64,000 bases of DNA from a virus (Duplodnaviria > Caudoviricetes): IMG/VR virus record IMGVR_UViG_3300011008_000999; one strand, given 5' to 3'. Every line of letters starts with the position of its first letter. The stretch's first letter is position 1. The position numbers were made by a program, and so were the translations under genes. The notes under the pieces were generated by a model. That model was not told where the DNA came from. It ran no database searches and worked only from the letters and a program-made list of their open reading frames with translations. Positions 24,301-30,778 of the stretch are shown here, in pieces.

Positions 24301-25476
24301 ATCGCCGGTATCATCACCAACAACTGAGAAATTTACATCAGCATTAGCACCGGTATCAATAAGTGCAATATAGTCTGAATAGTCAATATCTTTAGTATCT
24401 TCAACAGTGTCATTTAACTGAGCGAGAACATCATTTCCATCGTTAAGATCGTCAAGATCAGCTACGTCTTCATTATTCTCATCAGTTGCGATAGAAATTA
24501 CCTTAGACAAGTCAGAGATAGAATCTACCTTATCAACATAGTAAGAATAAACGTATCTTGCTTCTTCAACAGATGCGCACTCGATAATATAAACGTCGTC
24601 GAAATTAGATACTACGTTTGTGTTCTTTGTAAATACAGAAGAGTCATCAGTCTTTACAAGTAAATCAGACGTCTCTACAAGAGATTCATCAATTTCAGTA
24701 AAGTAATGATCAAACACTACGACAGGATTTACTTTTACAGTCATCTCATCAGAAGCAACTTCTTCACCTTCTACAATTAACTTACCGACAATAGTATATT
24801 CACCTGCATTATTGAAAGTAATTGCAGCACCTGTTGCAGTAGTTGTAGTGATTTCAACTCCTTCACCGGAGAATTCAAATGTATAATCCACATCTGAAGT
24901 TTCATCATCAACAGTTACCTTTGCGACAACCCCTGCTTCGATATCAAGTGTGTCACCCTCACTTACAGTTTTGTTATCAGGCAAAGTAACGCTGTATTCA
25001 TAAACTGGTTCAGCAGTCTCTTCTTCAGCTTCTTCAGTCTGATCTTCTGTTTCAGTTTCTTCAGTAGGTTCAGCATCCTCATCAGAATCTTCATCAGAAT
25101 TCTCTTCATCTTGATCAATAACTATTACAGTTTCTTCATCATCTGCGGTTCCACTATTAGAACCATCATCAATATTTGGCGGATTATCAACATCCTGAGT
25201 ATTCTGATCCTCAGTGTCATCATCCGCAGGAAGTGAGTCGTTGTTTTCATCATTAGACTCATCCTCTACAATGATAGTATAGCTATTATTATCCTCCCCG
25301 TCAGTGTGTACTCCAGTTTCGTCTACTACAATAGTAGTGGTAGTAGTTTCTACAGGAGTATTGTCGACATTACCATCTGCTAAAGCAGATACAGGACATG
25401 CAGATACTACCATTAAGAGAGAAAGAAATCCTGAAAGGACTCTTGCCCCAATCGAATTAGTTTTAATTCTTCTCAT
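12340..25476 (-). CDS. Giant cell-wall-anchored adhesin: subtilase (S8) domain, SpaA-like repeats, about 10 VaFE repeats, sortase signal
   Basis: Signal peptide; IALIDTG/NGHGS/AAGN/STSEA subtilase motifs; repeated GLPYGxYEVxEL; repeated DTVxYxNL...VVFE...HxDIxDExQT; C-terminal PPKTG + TM + KRKK. Confidence 0.85.
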   Translation of the reverse strand: MRRIKTNSIGARVLSGFLSLLMVVSACPVSALADGNVDNTPVETTTTTIVVDETGVHTDGEDNNSYTIIVEDESNDENNDSLPADDDTEDQNTQDVDNPPNIDDGSNSGTADDEETVIVIDQDEENSDEDSDEDAEPTEETETEDQTEEAEEETAEPVYEYSVTLPDNKTVSEGDTLDIEAGVVAKVTVDDETSDVDYTFEFSGEGVEITTTTATGAAITFNNAGEYTIVGKLIVEGEEVASDEMTVKVNPVVVFDHYFTEIDESLVETSDLLVKTDDSSVFTKNTNVVSNFDDVYIIECASVEEARYVYSYYVDKVDSISDLSKVISIATDENNEDVADLDDLNDGNDVLAQLNDTVEDTKDIDYSDYIALIDTGANADVNFSVVGDDTGDSNGHGSRMLELIKNENPDAKVMSIRVFDGSTTDAASVYAGIKLAIANNVKIINLSLVGSDVEKNAIVKEVIQEAIVRGIVVIGAAGNYNLPANKFIPGCIESAIIIGAANEDGTKRANSNYNVDYYVIADSTSEATAIFTGLYSAGITESSKLFSSDFQPTIIEEPVEPEERDLSDLDGNLFIKAFIEETGYDYVIDADGNVSIYVPEVDYDEHELDGFVPQGTATGIETTRDIVDTMSAGSTFTGTCAFSESKPGYGTATITGNGNTFEQLFNGKTIDVDCEGHGANSTQSKYATCLVGPTVNYQATVSSIADTSDGSKRIVNFNVLFSNDGFGARTWTSHTDTWKLTTTYTYKTRHQLANGSWTDWTNETGGLSPDGKTSNQIFVTVDWTLTKSTDGTVKATYTGKSNKTETFTTSTNEVSSYIDGAKQDAYRNAAAKASENIVTVTDYGGIRNASALTGTINVNGLTQTYETTNQRQVYKGSADAWCWNYVYMSITKNTTYTGLITGSYHIDGTEIVATYADGRQVYDISGNPVIFYPTYSGQSQEYTLWYTDAYDKYITCTETKVGFGFQYRTLSERTDTHKVNSYNINNPTSFNITNIPMFDPPYLGVRKVSDTTGTPDFNADIYAVNAIYEINYYNIDTNGNPTGDVVRSWRMKTDNDGVCYYNNIGGKYFVDGNPFYVPGQTTILAWPIGYYTIREVVVPRNGNQDTGLYLSDKTYTAKVLPDGVSPDTSGSYSTANYTNAWMWDGDIEIWRRQEKQSIPNTNYNIDGRIAVNDVFFDQKEVESWRPLGILKADLDMDQLGYADSVLKVPEGSGAYDGAVYQVFSTSTKSNAELFNVTYHNPNGDGNILTLGSSPYSINATDGLGRDVSYSVNAKPVLCNGKPIYITISNGYGDTGNITFPFDDNYVLYEVTAPTGYAVNTYGYTISEKDWLDGNTADHLMLNDYNGTDHDVVKVSETSNRDGAVDDAIYRYGFAMWKKDLTNSNDTLGNTQGSGSLDGIRYAVINRSNHHVVMRNNYNVVDGSYCAIKDGVEIGTDRICAIVTTHTVDGVQGCLRMYGLPYGKYDVVELKIDAGTDDALIGAAFTDQGSSDMANPSYLRTDDTVYSFDYTTEDNKQYYGAGNIDHFTYAYAGQDGDHIYQDKIMVDGFQAYKLDEEYLEVTEGNSSANDIKFAVINRSTRTMEILQSDIDQLGLIDPNWASYVEFIPGGNTAYGVGNTDGQIAPGEVVAVITTHNGPEAVKEGTYAGQQVDGYFAIYGLPYGTYEVVELKRDANIHPGDVWETADKGNSIYANDSFYWNDTHFTYNLTDYNSHAHSVNGAFDVHKDLYSTGTSRYKDDVFRDGFSFWKRDLVYCYAPNEDGFLDHPQGDSTWNDIRYVVINKSDDNVKMFDKYTQQMPAADQPYVEIKNDVAIAPNCVVAIITSHQKSGNDDDELVKGYEQGYVALWGLPYGQYEIRELRADATIQVGDNYYESTKLGSSVFANYRVNSDLIGLRTDIANNPSMLYRDDIYFYYTLEDTKAEDGSDLHTGYTNNGRLIMMGNLHEVDDNNENTWDNETVYGNIIITKQDDETKIPDYNQGANSLAHVQFAVVNRSYWSVCYPYTEDLENAEDRYFEPDEVIAVLETDDTGTCRIDHLPYGTYEVYELRINDSYNTQQRTINLPNNSGQLVEVTCYGNTIKPHFVWNDAAMEAYKDWQKDYAAHKATTAVNGVAGQEGQYFGTDDRANEWYTWNEYINKYFVVQPEWRHEIGSGYDVHTEDDRTIRGYVGTTTNKQTGSTYEPQEYHFTWSDLPVRGDFKMQKANIDGDFMHYVPWLISLVESDANGDPIQNEDGSYNVIEEHVFVLDFDAMFDSRNWDARPKTVDNLNKYDDYVEFDPDLNKLVWTGSKEDLKAAATGNIWFGDIELENPNSKYVIKERGALLAGTYVIQEIPRVSKYGYPKFNDPGVNPEDAIEEVNLGNGKVRTIIWNTEDYDMISSTLRVVHDNPNPVLLPDDLDIGVDDPLTIQSEALDAIDETNSTIPSDHGLLRDTVTFGGLNTSQRYGYKTYIWRCDEDGNPIELLQETDMCTLDFTGSKYTNPTNNRKYNTLRNADPNFTSVVSGTFTDDTGSYTIIDNNYVVFRDHDGNFTRESAPNNDPTNDRFNVLYNLSIIQDFNVDTSMCQEGEKIAFAVDLYKSMGASGWSLVKQHNAELNEKTQYVGIIKFVTESTDKTTRTRVAGLGRYAYGEKGMPLVNNVATSGQLVYNADGEIVGYTLVDDKIVYSNLGDKQNYSFRAELIGVNSAGETFVVKDIYGNECKTRVSIYIDKDLDHVLHGTDIIDENGTPDDESDDVLVQGSLEGPCDGEFTFSDLGMMDWVIPNNPEDTISVFVRVELYNKRNICLKHHNYDLDEEDENIRWLQIKTTAMSEAGDEGVLPNGRSWDLDGNMIKGDVVLRDRIDYSNLAESVDIRVEGYVYLVGYDEEGKRFIDTNNGLDTPYVAYSSKNFTLTDVPEGSVEMQYTVKDSGQYAKRELVVCERVYMDLPGHAGVHADGKYVPENASMDSRSMIYICTDPNCGERFNTYGKATIHQQATGHHFVQEIAYGTLYVSKYVLHDDGDTEVLIALHEDINDEKQTVSIPEIETHLVNKHEGTEYKVVNRQYADVTVYDTVTYRNLIVGKPWTFTAELMDQETKLPVLDAEGNPVVAVKTFTPTAGNSTIDPVTGRAYGTCEVPITFKQVLTALDWESDPSWVCFESLSFGDEGHTDFKYAVHNNIYDERQTVHLPTFRTTVTSTVADPANTAAVSANDRQIQAAPNQTVTDTVEIKNVGLDTVIKSDLENTDLTITDIIPSTFTLRIAAVDAENGEPIVDANGKQFTATKKVVVDVKRDTDGKVITPYVTTINGVDNSGEAFFAKHNDGNGTDFNQLLFGTDANPILVDIDLTLDATEYKGKTIMFEERLYFGEFDTEGHEVLIENDFTKVEQQVTVPDLHTTAIDAETGEHTITVSGNATSDEWYLNASDLENYDWKIKDTVSMNKITPDTDYTLVTIVVNKDTGKAVTNLTDGSKFVQYTPYHSPAGVATGAAAEYKCECGKDGCVDVIAVDSELDIDLKLNKTDARNGGTFVVYEYMLLGTNNTYVPDESVAVPNDCYAYHNDITDEEQTIVIPELHTEFIESHTETHVVPLEEDATVIDTIHYKGLVPGKNYIMQCVLMNKTTGEPYYLTSTDDEGNTVLTKITEDKSFTASETGEGYVEISFTIPADQLHDFDEYLDKDHLNINRTVTDTGTAPEVDVDGNLVVEPTDVSGNDDTRVITNEYTGEEARAERGISDEEKINVTKSTQIVAFERCISDEENSRVYAVHADIEDEDQTILVPRIFTHLTDTVIGDHVSRWNTTETITDTVTFVSLQADKEYTIEGYLVNVDTGEPILVKDANGEDVRVTATKTFTPNTLPDTQVSISNGKLIASGNVDLVFTFDSTALKGTHVVAFEDCKYGEIKVATHAEIDDQWQWMFVPEIGTTANGYVKATDGNAEYREKVVPYSETAQLIDVVEYNKLLPGVWYEMSGTIMDKATGKAITDKDGKAVTATTRFLPAESSGKVEVIFTLDTTGLEGKTLVVFEECLYVGAKKDGTANKEAVAEHKDIEDEDQTIYCPKIRTTVKDANGNTNVQLDGTKTQTIIDTVTYENLIPGKEYTVTGTLVFKRDYGDSKDYEYVKDANGNKITASTTFKPDESNSTIKDGLASGTVEVKFEFNAALTAGRRVVVFEDLYLEKVRVGTHSDINDENQTFDTVMKLHVKLVKSDFDNHVYVLKNAEISIYVDEKCTQLAKDINGNDCVGKTNEKGEVEFIIITYDENQLFYAKETKAPFGYKLCEDVIPIKGTAYYDGATNTKTTFTDNDMSRESDGVCAINLKMFDKIIIIPPKTGDNLPILPITILALIGLLCVGAFFATKRKKVVTDVDDTTDNVEEMDEEAVEDAITGMMTEEIDGDGHNDSGF

Positions 25477-25511
25477 CTTAATGCTCCTTTGGTTATTTTA
25501 ATTTGCATACT

Positions 25512-25545
25512 AAAAAGGTTATGTGTCGCTGATAACACATAACCT
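25512..25545 (-). terminator. Terminator-like hairpin in the 5' leader of the adhesin gene
   Basis: aggttatgtgt...acacataacct followed by a T-run on the minus strand, about 35 nt before ATG 25476. Confidence 0.6.
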
Positions 25546-25612
25546 GGTGACCTAATTAAATTATTCATTTTTCTAACATCCTTCCAAATTTATTGTGTTT
25601 CCACTTTATAAT

Positions 25613-25622
25613 AATAAATAGC
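25613..25622 (-). promoter_or_regulatory. Class-2 motif (GCTATTTATT variant)
   Basis: aagagctatttattattata upstream of the adhesin. Confidence 0.6.
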
Positions 25623-25638
25623 TCTTCGTTGCAAAAAA

Positions 25639-25670
25639 CTATTTACGATTACAACCCCGCAGTATATAAT
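25639..25670 (+). promoter_or_regulatory. Class-1 promoter CTATTTAC-N18-TATAAT
   Basis: aaaaaactatttac gattacaaccccgcagta tataat; no ORF downstream. Confidence 0.7.
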
Positions 25671-25676
25671 ATAACT

Positions 25677-25820
25677 ATAATAAAACAAACGTTCGATCCT
25701 TGAAAAACTCATATTTCTCAAATTTCTTCTTCGATTCCTACCCAAATCGAAAAAATGAAATAAATAATCATTACCCAGGTTATATATTTCTATTTCATAT
25801 TTATTAACGAACGTTTATCT
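25677..25820 (+). ncRNA. Candidate structured sRNA
   Basis: Follows a class-1 promoter; closing stem aaacgttcg/cgaacgttt encloses ttcgatt/aatcgaa and atgaaata/tatttcat hairpins; no ORF. Confidence 0.4.
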
Positions 25821-25901
25821 ATTATTTTTCCGTACTAAATTATTATCTACACGTAACAAAAGAGTATACGATTGTCTCTTACATCATTTTATTTTTTGCG
25901 C

Positions 25902-25933
25902 AAAAAAAGAGACCTCAGAAAACCTAAGGTCTC
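25902..25933 (-). terminator. Intrinsic terminator
   Basis: gagacct...aggtctc with A7 on the + side. Confidence 0.7.
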
Positions 25934-25954
25934 AATAATCTCAAATTTAATTAT

Positions 25955-26680
25955 TTACTTTTTCTCTTCACCACATTCTGTGCATCTTTCAACTGTATGA
26001 GGTACCTGAACTTCGACTTCTTCATCGTATGCAGCAATTGTTTCTGTATGAGTCTGCGCTTCGTGGTGGATTATCTGCGTTTCTGTGGTGTAGGTAGTTT
26101 CATCATAAGCCGTCTGATCAACTACTGTTTCATCCCAAGCATCACTTATCTTTCCATAAATTGTACCATTGGAAGATGTGCCGCCATGACATACAGGGCA
26201 ATCAAAATAATAGACCGGTTCAAAATGTCCGCAGTCACATTGAAAACCAGACGCTTCAATATTACCCCACTGTTCTTCATGATGCACAACGTGCGTAACG
26301 GCTTCATGGTGTGTTATATGAGGAACCTGTATTTTTACTTCCTCATCCCACGCTTCTTTATCAACTATAGTTTTTGTTTCTTCATCATGGTGAACCAGCT
26401 GTATTTCTGTAGTATATTCAGTTACTGTTTCCCATGTATGCTCACATGTATTCTCTTTATCGGTCTGTGTTGTTTCGTTAGGCGCCTCTTCTTTTTTCGA
26501 AGTCTGTGTTGTTGCATCAGTTGTCTCAGAAGATCCATCCTCTTCAACCATCTGCTCAATCTGTGTAGGATTTGTAAGAGGATCATTTGAAGTTGTCGCC
26601 TGATGTGCTCCGCATCCAGTTAAAATTCCAAGTGAAATTGCTGTAACTACTGTAAATGTAACGATAAGATTCTTTTTCAT
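25955..26680 (-). CDS. Lipoprotein with His-rich HHxxxT repeats and Cys pairs
   Basis: Lipobox LTGC; HHDEET/HHEAVT/HHEAQT; CDCG...CPVCH and CTECG. Confidence 0.8.
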   Translation of the reverse strand: MKKNLIVTFTVVTAISLGILTGCGAHQATTSNDPLTNPTQIEQMVEEDGSSETTDATTQTSKKEEAPNETTQTDKENTCEHTWETVTEYTTEIQLVHHDEETKTIVDKEAWDEEVKIQVPHITHHEAVTHVVHHEEQWGNIEASGFQCDCGHFEPVYYFDCPVCHGGTSSNGTIYGKISDAWDETVVDQTAYDETTYTTETQIIHHEAQTHTETIAAYDEEVEVQVPHTVERCTECGEEKK

Positions 26681-26764
26681 GGTAAATACCTCCGTTTTTT
26701 GATATAAGTTAAAACTAACATTTCAGTTAGTTTGATTTGAAAATATTTTATATTTTTTAATTAT

Positions 26765-26927
26765 ATTATAACAAGTTTCTATTAAAATGTAAATAGTTTT
26801 TTGAAACTTTTCGAAAATTTTTATAAAATATTTTCTTTCTTCTAATCAAATATTTTCGATTTACCCTTTCGAAATATCTGATTTATTATGAGTATATTAT
26901 AACAAGAATTTTTGTATTTGTAAATAG
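26765..26927 (-). promoter_or_regulatory. Tandem pair of class-1 promoters (26765-26796 and 26896-26927) with A-tract UP regions
   Basis: Both read aaaaaactatttac-N18(…ttgt)-tataat. Confidence 0.8.
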
Positions 26928-26991
26928 TTTTTTGAAAAAGTTGAAAAATTTTTTCTAAAATTTTTTATACTGTATTTAATTTTTTCTACTT

Positions 26992-27715
26992 TTACTTAAC
27001 TAATACTGGAACAGTATTTCCGAAGTACTCAAAGAGTGTATTGATCTCATCATCAGTAAACTGAGCTACGTTATAGAATATTACATCAACTACAACATCA
27101 TCAACTTCGTATTCAACTATATAAGTAACATCTACATAGTCATATGGATATGCCTGAGAAATAGTATAAATAGTATTGGTATAAGTGGTATTTTCTTCAA
27201 CTGTTACATTAATAGTATTTCCATTGGCGTCTTCATATGAAGTATTTGTCTTATACCATGAAATTGTTTTTTCAGGATTAACTGAATACTGAACATTTGC
27301 ACCAAAAATATTAGGCTCAGCAGTAGTGAACAGTGTCAAAGTATTACAATCCTTCGCATAATCTGCATAGGTATAATTTGTATACATATCAGCATCAGCG
27401 AAAAAATTCAGATCCGCATTTTCTGCGATATATACTTCTTTATCACCTGCAGTAAGAGGATAATCTGCTAAATATCCAGTAAGATCAACTTCTCCGCTCT
27501 CCGGATTTTCTTCTGATCTTAAATCTGGAGTATCGAGTTTTTCAGGTGCTTCGGTAAGTTCAACAGTTTCAGTAGGTTCAACTGTTTCGGTAGGCTGTTC
27601 CGCAACTACGGTAGGCTCATTAGATGTTTCTGACTTTTCGCTCGTCTTTCCGCATCCAACGAGTGTGGTTAAGGTAAGTGCGGATATTGTGAAGATTGTG
27701 AGTAACTTTTTTCAT
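26992..27715 (-). pseudogene. Lipoprotein with a frameshift in an A6 run right after the ATG
   Basis: ATG AAAAAA G TTA; removing one A gives MKKLLTIFTISALTLTTLVGC (lipobox) in frame with ORF 26992..27387; AAGGA RBS. Confidence 0.7.
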
Positions 27716-27758
27716 ATGATTTTTCCTTTCATATAAATATTATTTATTTTATGGTTAT

Positions 27759-27790
27759 ATTATAACACGATATAGTTTAATTGTAAATAG
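27759..27790 (-). promoter_or_regulatory. Class-1 promoter
   Basis: ctatttac aattaaactatatcgtgt tataat. Confidence 0.8.
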
Positions 27791-27948
27791 TTTTTTCAAA
27801 AAATTAAAAAATTTTTGAAAAAAATTTTTAAGATCTTTTATTTAATTGTACTATTTACTTTTTCTCTAATATCTTGTCCTCCTCTATATCGTTTAATCAA
27901 CTTAGATTTTCGTTTACCCAGACGAATCTCTTTATTGATTATGATATA

Positions 27949-27980
27949 ATTATATCACAAGAGTTGATATTTGTAAATAG
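27949..27980 (-). promoter_or_regulatory. Class-1 promoter, no adjacent ORF
   Basis: ctatttac aaatatcaactcttgtga tataat. Confidence 0.75.
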
Positions 27981-28013
27981 CAAAATTAAAAAATTTTATA
28001 TTTTTATAAAAAC

Positions 28014-28049
28014 AAAAGCGAGCAGACTTTATTATATCTACTCGCTTTT
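28014..28049 (-). terminator. Intrinsic terminator
   Basis: aaaagcgag...ctcgctttt. Confidence 0.7.
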
Positions 28050-28122
28050 AGTAATTTTCACACTCAAAGAATCGTACTTCGCTCAATTATTAGAGTTTCC
28101 GTACAATTCCAAGTTAAATTGG

Positions 28123-28845
28123 CTAGAACCATTTATCCTTTAGCACATCATCAGGATCTTTACCTACAATATCGTAGTCAGGAAGAAGTAGAACTTTATT
28201 ATCAGGTGTGATAGTAAATCTACCTACTTTCATTCGATCTACGATTGGGTTAGATTTCCTGCTATTTTTCGCTTTTTCAAAATATTCCATCCATAATGTC
28301 TTCTTACTATACTCAGTACCTGTACTATTGAATATGTCATCATCAGTCAATTCTCTAGGTTCCTGTGGAGGAATATCCGATTGAAGAACTGTACTAATAT
28401 CTTCATCATCAGGTGGAGTATAAGTAGGAATAACTTCCTGCTGTCGCTGTACAATAGGTTTTTGTACTTGAACCTGTTGCTGAGGCTGTTGAACTACTTG
28501 TGGTTGTTCAATTTGCTCAACTGGCTTTGATACAGGCTGAAGTTTAGGTTTATCAGGTTCTCTATTTACTGGTTGTAAAATAGATTGCTGAGGTTTTTGC
28601 TGTACAGGTTGAAGAACTTGCTGTTGTACTGGTTGTGTTTGCTGAACTGGTGCAACAGATTCTGCAGGTTTTTGTTTGATTTTTAACTTAATTACCTTAG
28701 GTGTAGGATCTAAAACTGCACTTTCAGGCGGAATTATTTTTATGCACTGATTCTCAGGCGGAATAACTCTAATAGAAGGCTGAGGCGGAGTACTATATAC
28801 AATATCCTGTTCTTGCAGTGATTGTATAAAGTCTTGTAATGCCAT
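28123..28845 (-). CDS. Q/P-rich hypothetical protein
   Basis: Likely start MALQD at 28845 behind GGAG; low-complexity QPVQQ linker. Confidence 0.7.
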   Translation of the reverse strand: MALQDFIQSLQEQDIVYSTPPQPSIRVIPPENQCIKIIPPESAVLDPTPKVIKLKIKQKPAESVAPVQQTQPVQQQVLQPVQQKPQQSILQPVNREPDKPKLQPVSKPVEQIEQPQVVQQPQQQVQVQKPIVQRQQEVIPTYTPPDDEDISTVLQSDIPPQEPRELTDDDIFNSTGTEYSKKTLWMEYFEKAKNSRKSNPIVDRMKVGRFTITPDNKVLLLPDYDIVGKDPDDVLKDKWF

Positions 28846-28989
28846 AGTTTGCAATCTCCTATCTTTGTGCGATATCAAAAGATTCTCCTAGAAAATTAAC
28901 TGAATCTAAACATTATGTGAACGATCCATTAGTGTTAACATCTAGAAGAATCTTTGTTTTCATTCATTTAGTTTTCTAAATGCCTATCT

Positions 28990-29346
28990 TTATTTAAGAA
29001 TAACGTTGGCTTCGTTATTCACAGTATTGATTACCTTATTTCCAATTGACTCAGCCTTGTGTCCAAGGTCACTGTAGTTAACCGCAAGGAAAATAAGACC
29101 AATTATAAGAATAAGGAATAATGCCTTACCAATAATCTTAAAGATAGATGACGAACCCTGACCTTTTGCAAATTCTACACCATCTTTAACGAGAGAGTAG
29201 ATAAGGAAAAGTGCAACAAGACCACCACCAATACCTGCACCCCAAGCAACGGCATTGCTCATGAAAGAGGTACCTCCATCACCATCAGCAAAAGCCATTA
29301 CAAAAGGCAAATATTTAGCAATAGCGGCTACAAATGCTGTAATCAT
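28990..29346 (-). CDS. VirB2/TrbC-like pilin candidate
   Basis: 118 aa; signal-like N-terminus ending AFA; two Gly-rich TM helices joined by a short loop; strong AGGAGG RBS. Confidence 0.5.
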   Translation of the reverse strand: MITAFVAAIAKYLPFVMAFADGDGGTSFMSNAVAWGAGIGGGLVALFLIYSLVKDGVEFAKGQGSSSIFKIIGKALFLILIIGLIFLAVNYSDLGHKAESIGNKVINTVNNEANVILK

Positions 29347-29363
29347 CTTTCAAATCCTCCTTT

Positions 29364-29861
29364 TTAGAATTTACTATACATGTAATCAAAGATCATTGCC
29401 ATAGACTTGTCATCAAACCTACTGATCTTATAATTACGTTTCTTAAGATCATCAATCAAGTCCTTGGCTACCTGATCAAATACTGGATTTGACGCATTGT
29501 CTTTTGTTTCAACAACTGTCTTAACGCTAGTATCTTCAGATTTATTTCTGCGTTCGTATTTGCGCTTAGGTTTGTTGTTATTATTAAATAGCTCTTCAGA
29601 TTCCTCAGAAGGCTTCTCAGGAGTTTCTGGAATATCAATCTCACCTTCTAAATTATCATCTTCTGTATTTAATTGTTCATCGTCATCAAGAGTTACTTCT
29701 TCAACTAAGTGACTCATCTGACTTTTAGCTGCAAGAGACATACTATCAAGAAACTCATCAGTAGAAACAGAATCCATCTGCTCTTCAAGAGTATATTCTC
29801 TCTCTTCTGACGGAGTATTTAACTTACTAAGTCTATCTAAAGCATTTTCGTTCTCTGCCAT
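29364..29861 (-). CDS. Acidic hypothetical protein
   Basis: ORF with GGAGG RBS in operon. Confidence 0.7.
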   Translation of the reverse strand: MAENENALDRLSKLNTPSEEREYTLEEQMDSVSTDEFLDSMSLAAKSQMSHLVEEVTLDDDEQLNTEDDNLEGEIDIPETPEKPSEESEELFNNNNKPKRKYERRNKSEDTSVKTVVETKDNASNPVFDQVAKDLIDDLKKRNYKISRFDDKSMAMIFDYMYSKF

Positions 29862-29872
29862 ATTGCACCTCC

Positions 29873-30424
29873 TTACTGTGGCTTCTTAGGCAATTTAAGA
29901 TTTATTTTAGGTTTTGCCGGAGCAGTAGGCTGCTGATATGACTGCTGCTGTTGAGCCAATTTCATGTCTGCAACTGACTCACTATCATAATTACCAGTTA
30001 TAGAACCTATCCTGCCTAACATAGTAAATCCTTCTTCTGCAGAAATATCTGGCACTTCCATAAGAGACATCTGCATCTTCAGCTGACTAAGTTCACTCTG
30101 AACAGCTTTAAGTTTGTTCTGAGTATCATTTAATTCTTCTGAAAATTGTTTATTCTCTTTTGTAAGATCAGATACTTCTTTCTGAAGTCCTGCAATAATA
30201 GGATCTACGTCTTCAGGATAATATCCATAAGGACTGGACACCCTAATACCTAAATCTTTTGCTAACTGAGAAAGTTCATGTTCAATCTTAGAACCACGTC
30301 TGTCTTTCTTCTGCTTAGGCTCCTTTTCTTTAGGAGCCTTAGGCTGTTTAACAGGTTTTTCTTTTACTGGTTTCTCTTTAGCCGGTTTTTCGGTTTTAGG
30401 TGCGCTATTATCCTTTTTAAACAT
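29873..30424 (-). CDS. DivIVA-like coiled-coil protein
   Basis: YGYYPEDVDPII followed by a heptad coiled coil (DivIVA GY..EEVD-like); likely start MFKK at 30424. Confidence 0.55.
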   Translation of the reverse strand: MFKKDNSAPKTEKPAKEKPVKEKPVKQPKAPKEKEPKQKKDRRGSKIEHELSQLAKDLGIRVSSPYGYYPEDVDPIIAGLQKEVSDLTKENKQFSEELNDTQNKLKAVQSELSQLKMQMSLMEVPDISAEEGFTMLGRIGSITGNYDSESVADMKLAQQQQSYQQPTAPAKPKINLKLPKKPQ

Positions 30425-30425
30425 A

Positions 30426-30767
30426 TTACAGCACCTCCACGTATTCTTGAATATCCTCATTAAATCTGATTCTTACAATCTTTTCTGCACAAAGAATTTT
30501 ATTGTACACAACTTTATTACTAGATGTGACGTACTGTTCAGAGTCTATTTTTCCATAGACTCTGATCATTGCGCCTTGCTGAAGAATATCTTCTAATCTT
30601 TCATCTACTTCACCAGGATAGATTACTCTAATATAAGTAAATCTATTCTTGACTGTATTGTCCATACAAGTATACTTACCTGTGATGGCTGACACATTGA
30701 AATTTGCTATCTCTTCAAAGAGTTTCACATCTTTTTGGACACAGCAATCTAAAATTACTTTATTCAT
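30426..30767 (-). CDS. Divergent SSB-like OB-fold protein without an acidic tail
   Basis: IRVYGKIDSEQYVTSSNKVVY...AEKI resembles the SSB C-terminal strands. Confidence 0.55.
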   Translation of the reverse strand: MNKVILDCCVQKDVKLFEEIANFNVSAITGKYTCMDNTVKNRFTYIRVIYPGEVDERLEDILQQGAMIRVYGKIDSEQYVTSSNKVVYNKILCAEKIVRIRFNEDIQEYVEVL

Positions 30768-30778
30768 ACGCTATCTCC

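Noticed and set aside
26700-26990. AT-rich repeated region as a replication origin or CRISPR array
   Set aside because: Explained by two duplicated class-1 promoters with A-tracts; no iterons, DnaA-box cluster or repeat-spacer periodicity seen
27851-27858. Plus-strand CTATTTAC as another class-1 promoter
   Set aside because: No TATAAT 18 nt downstream
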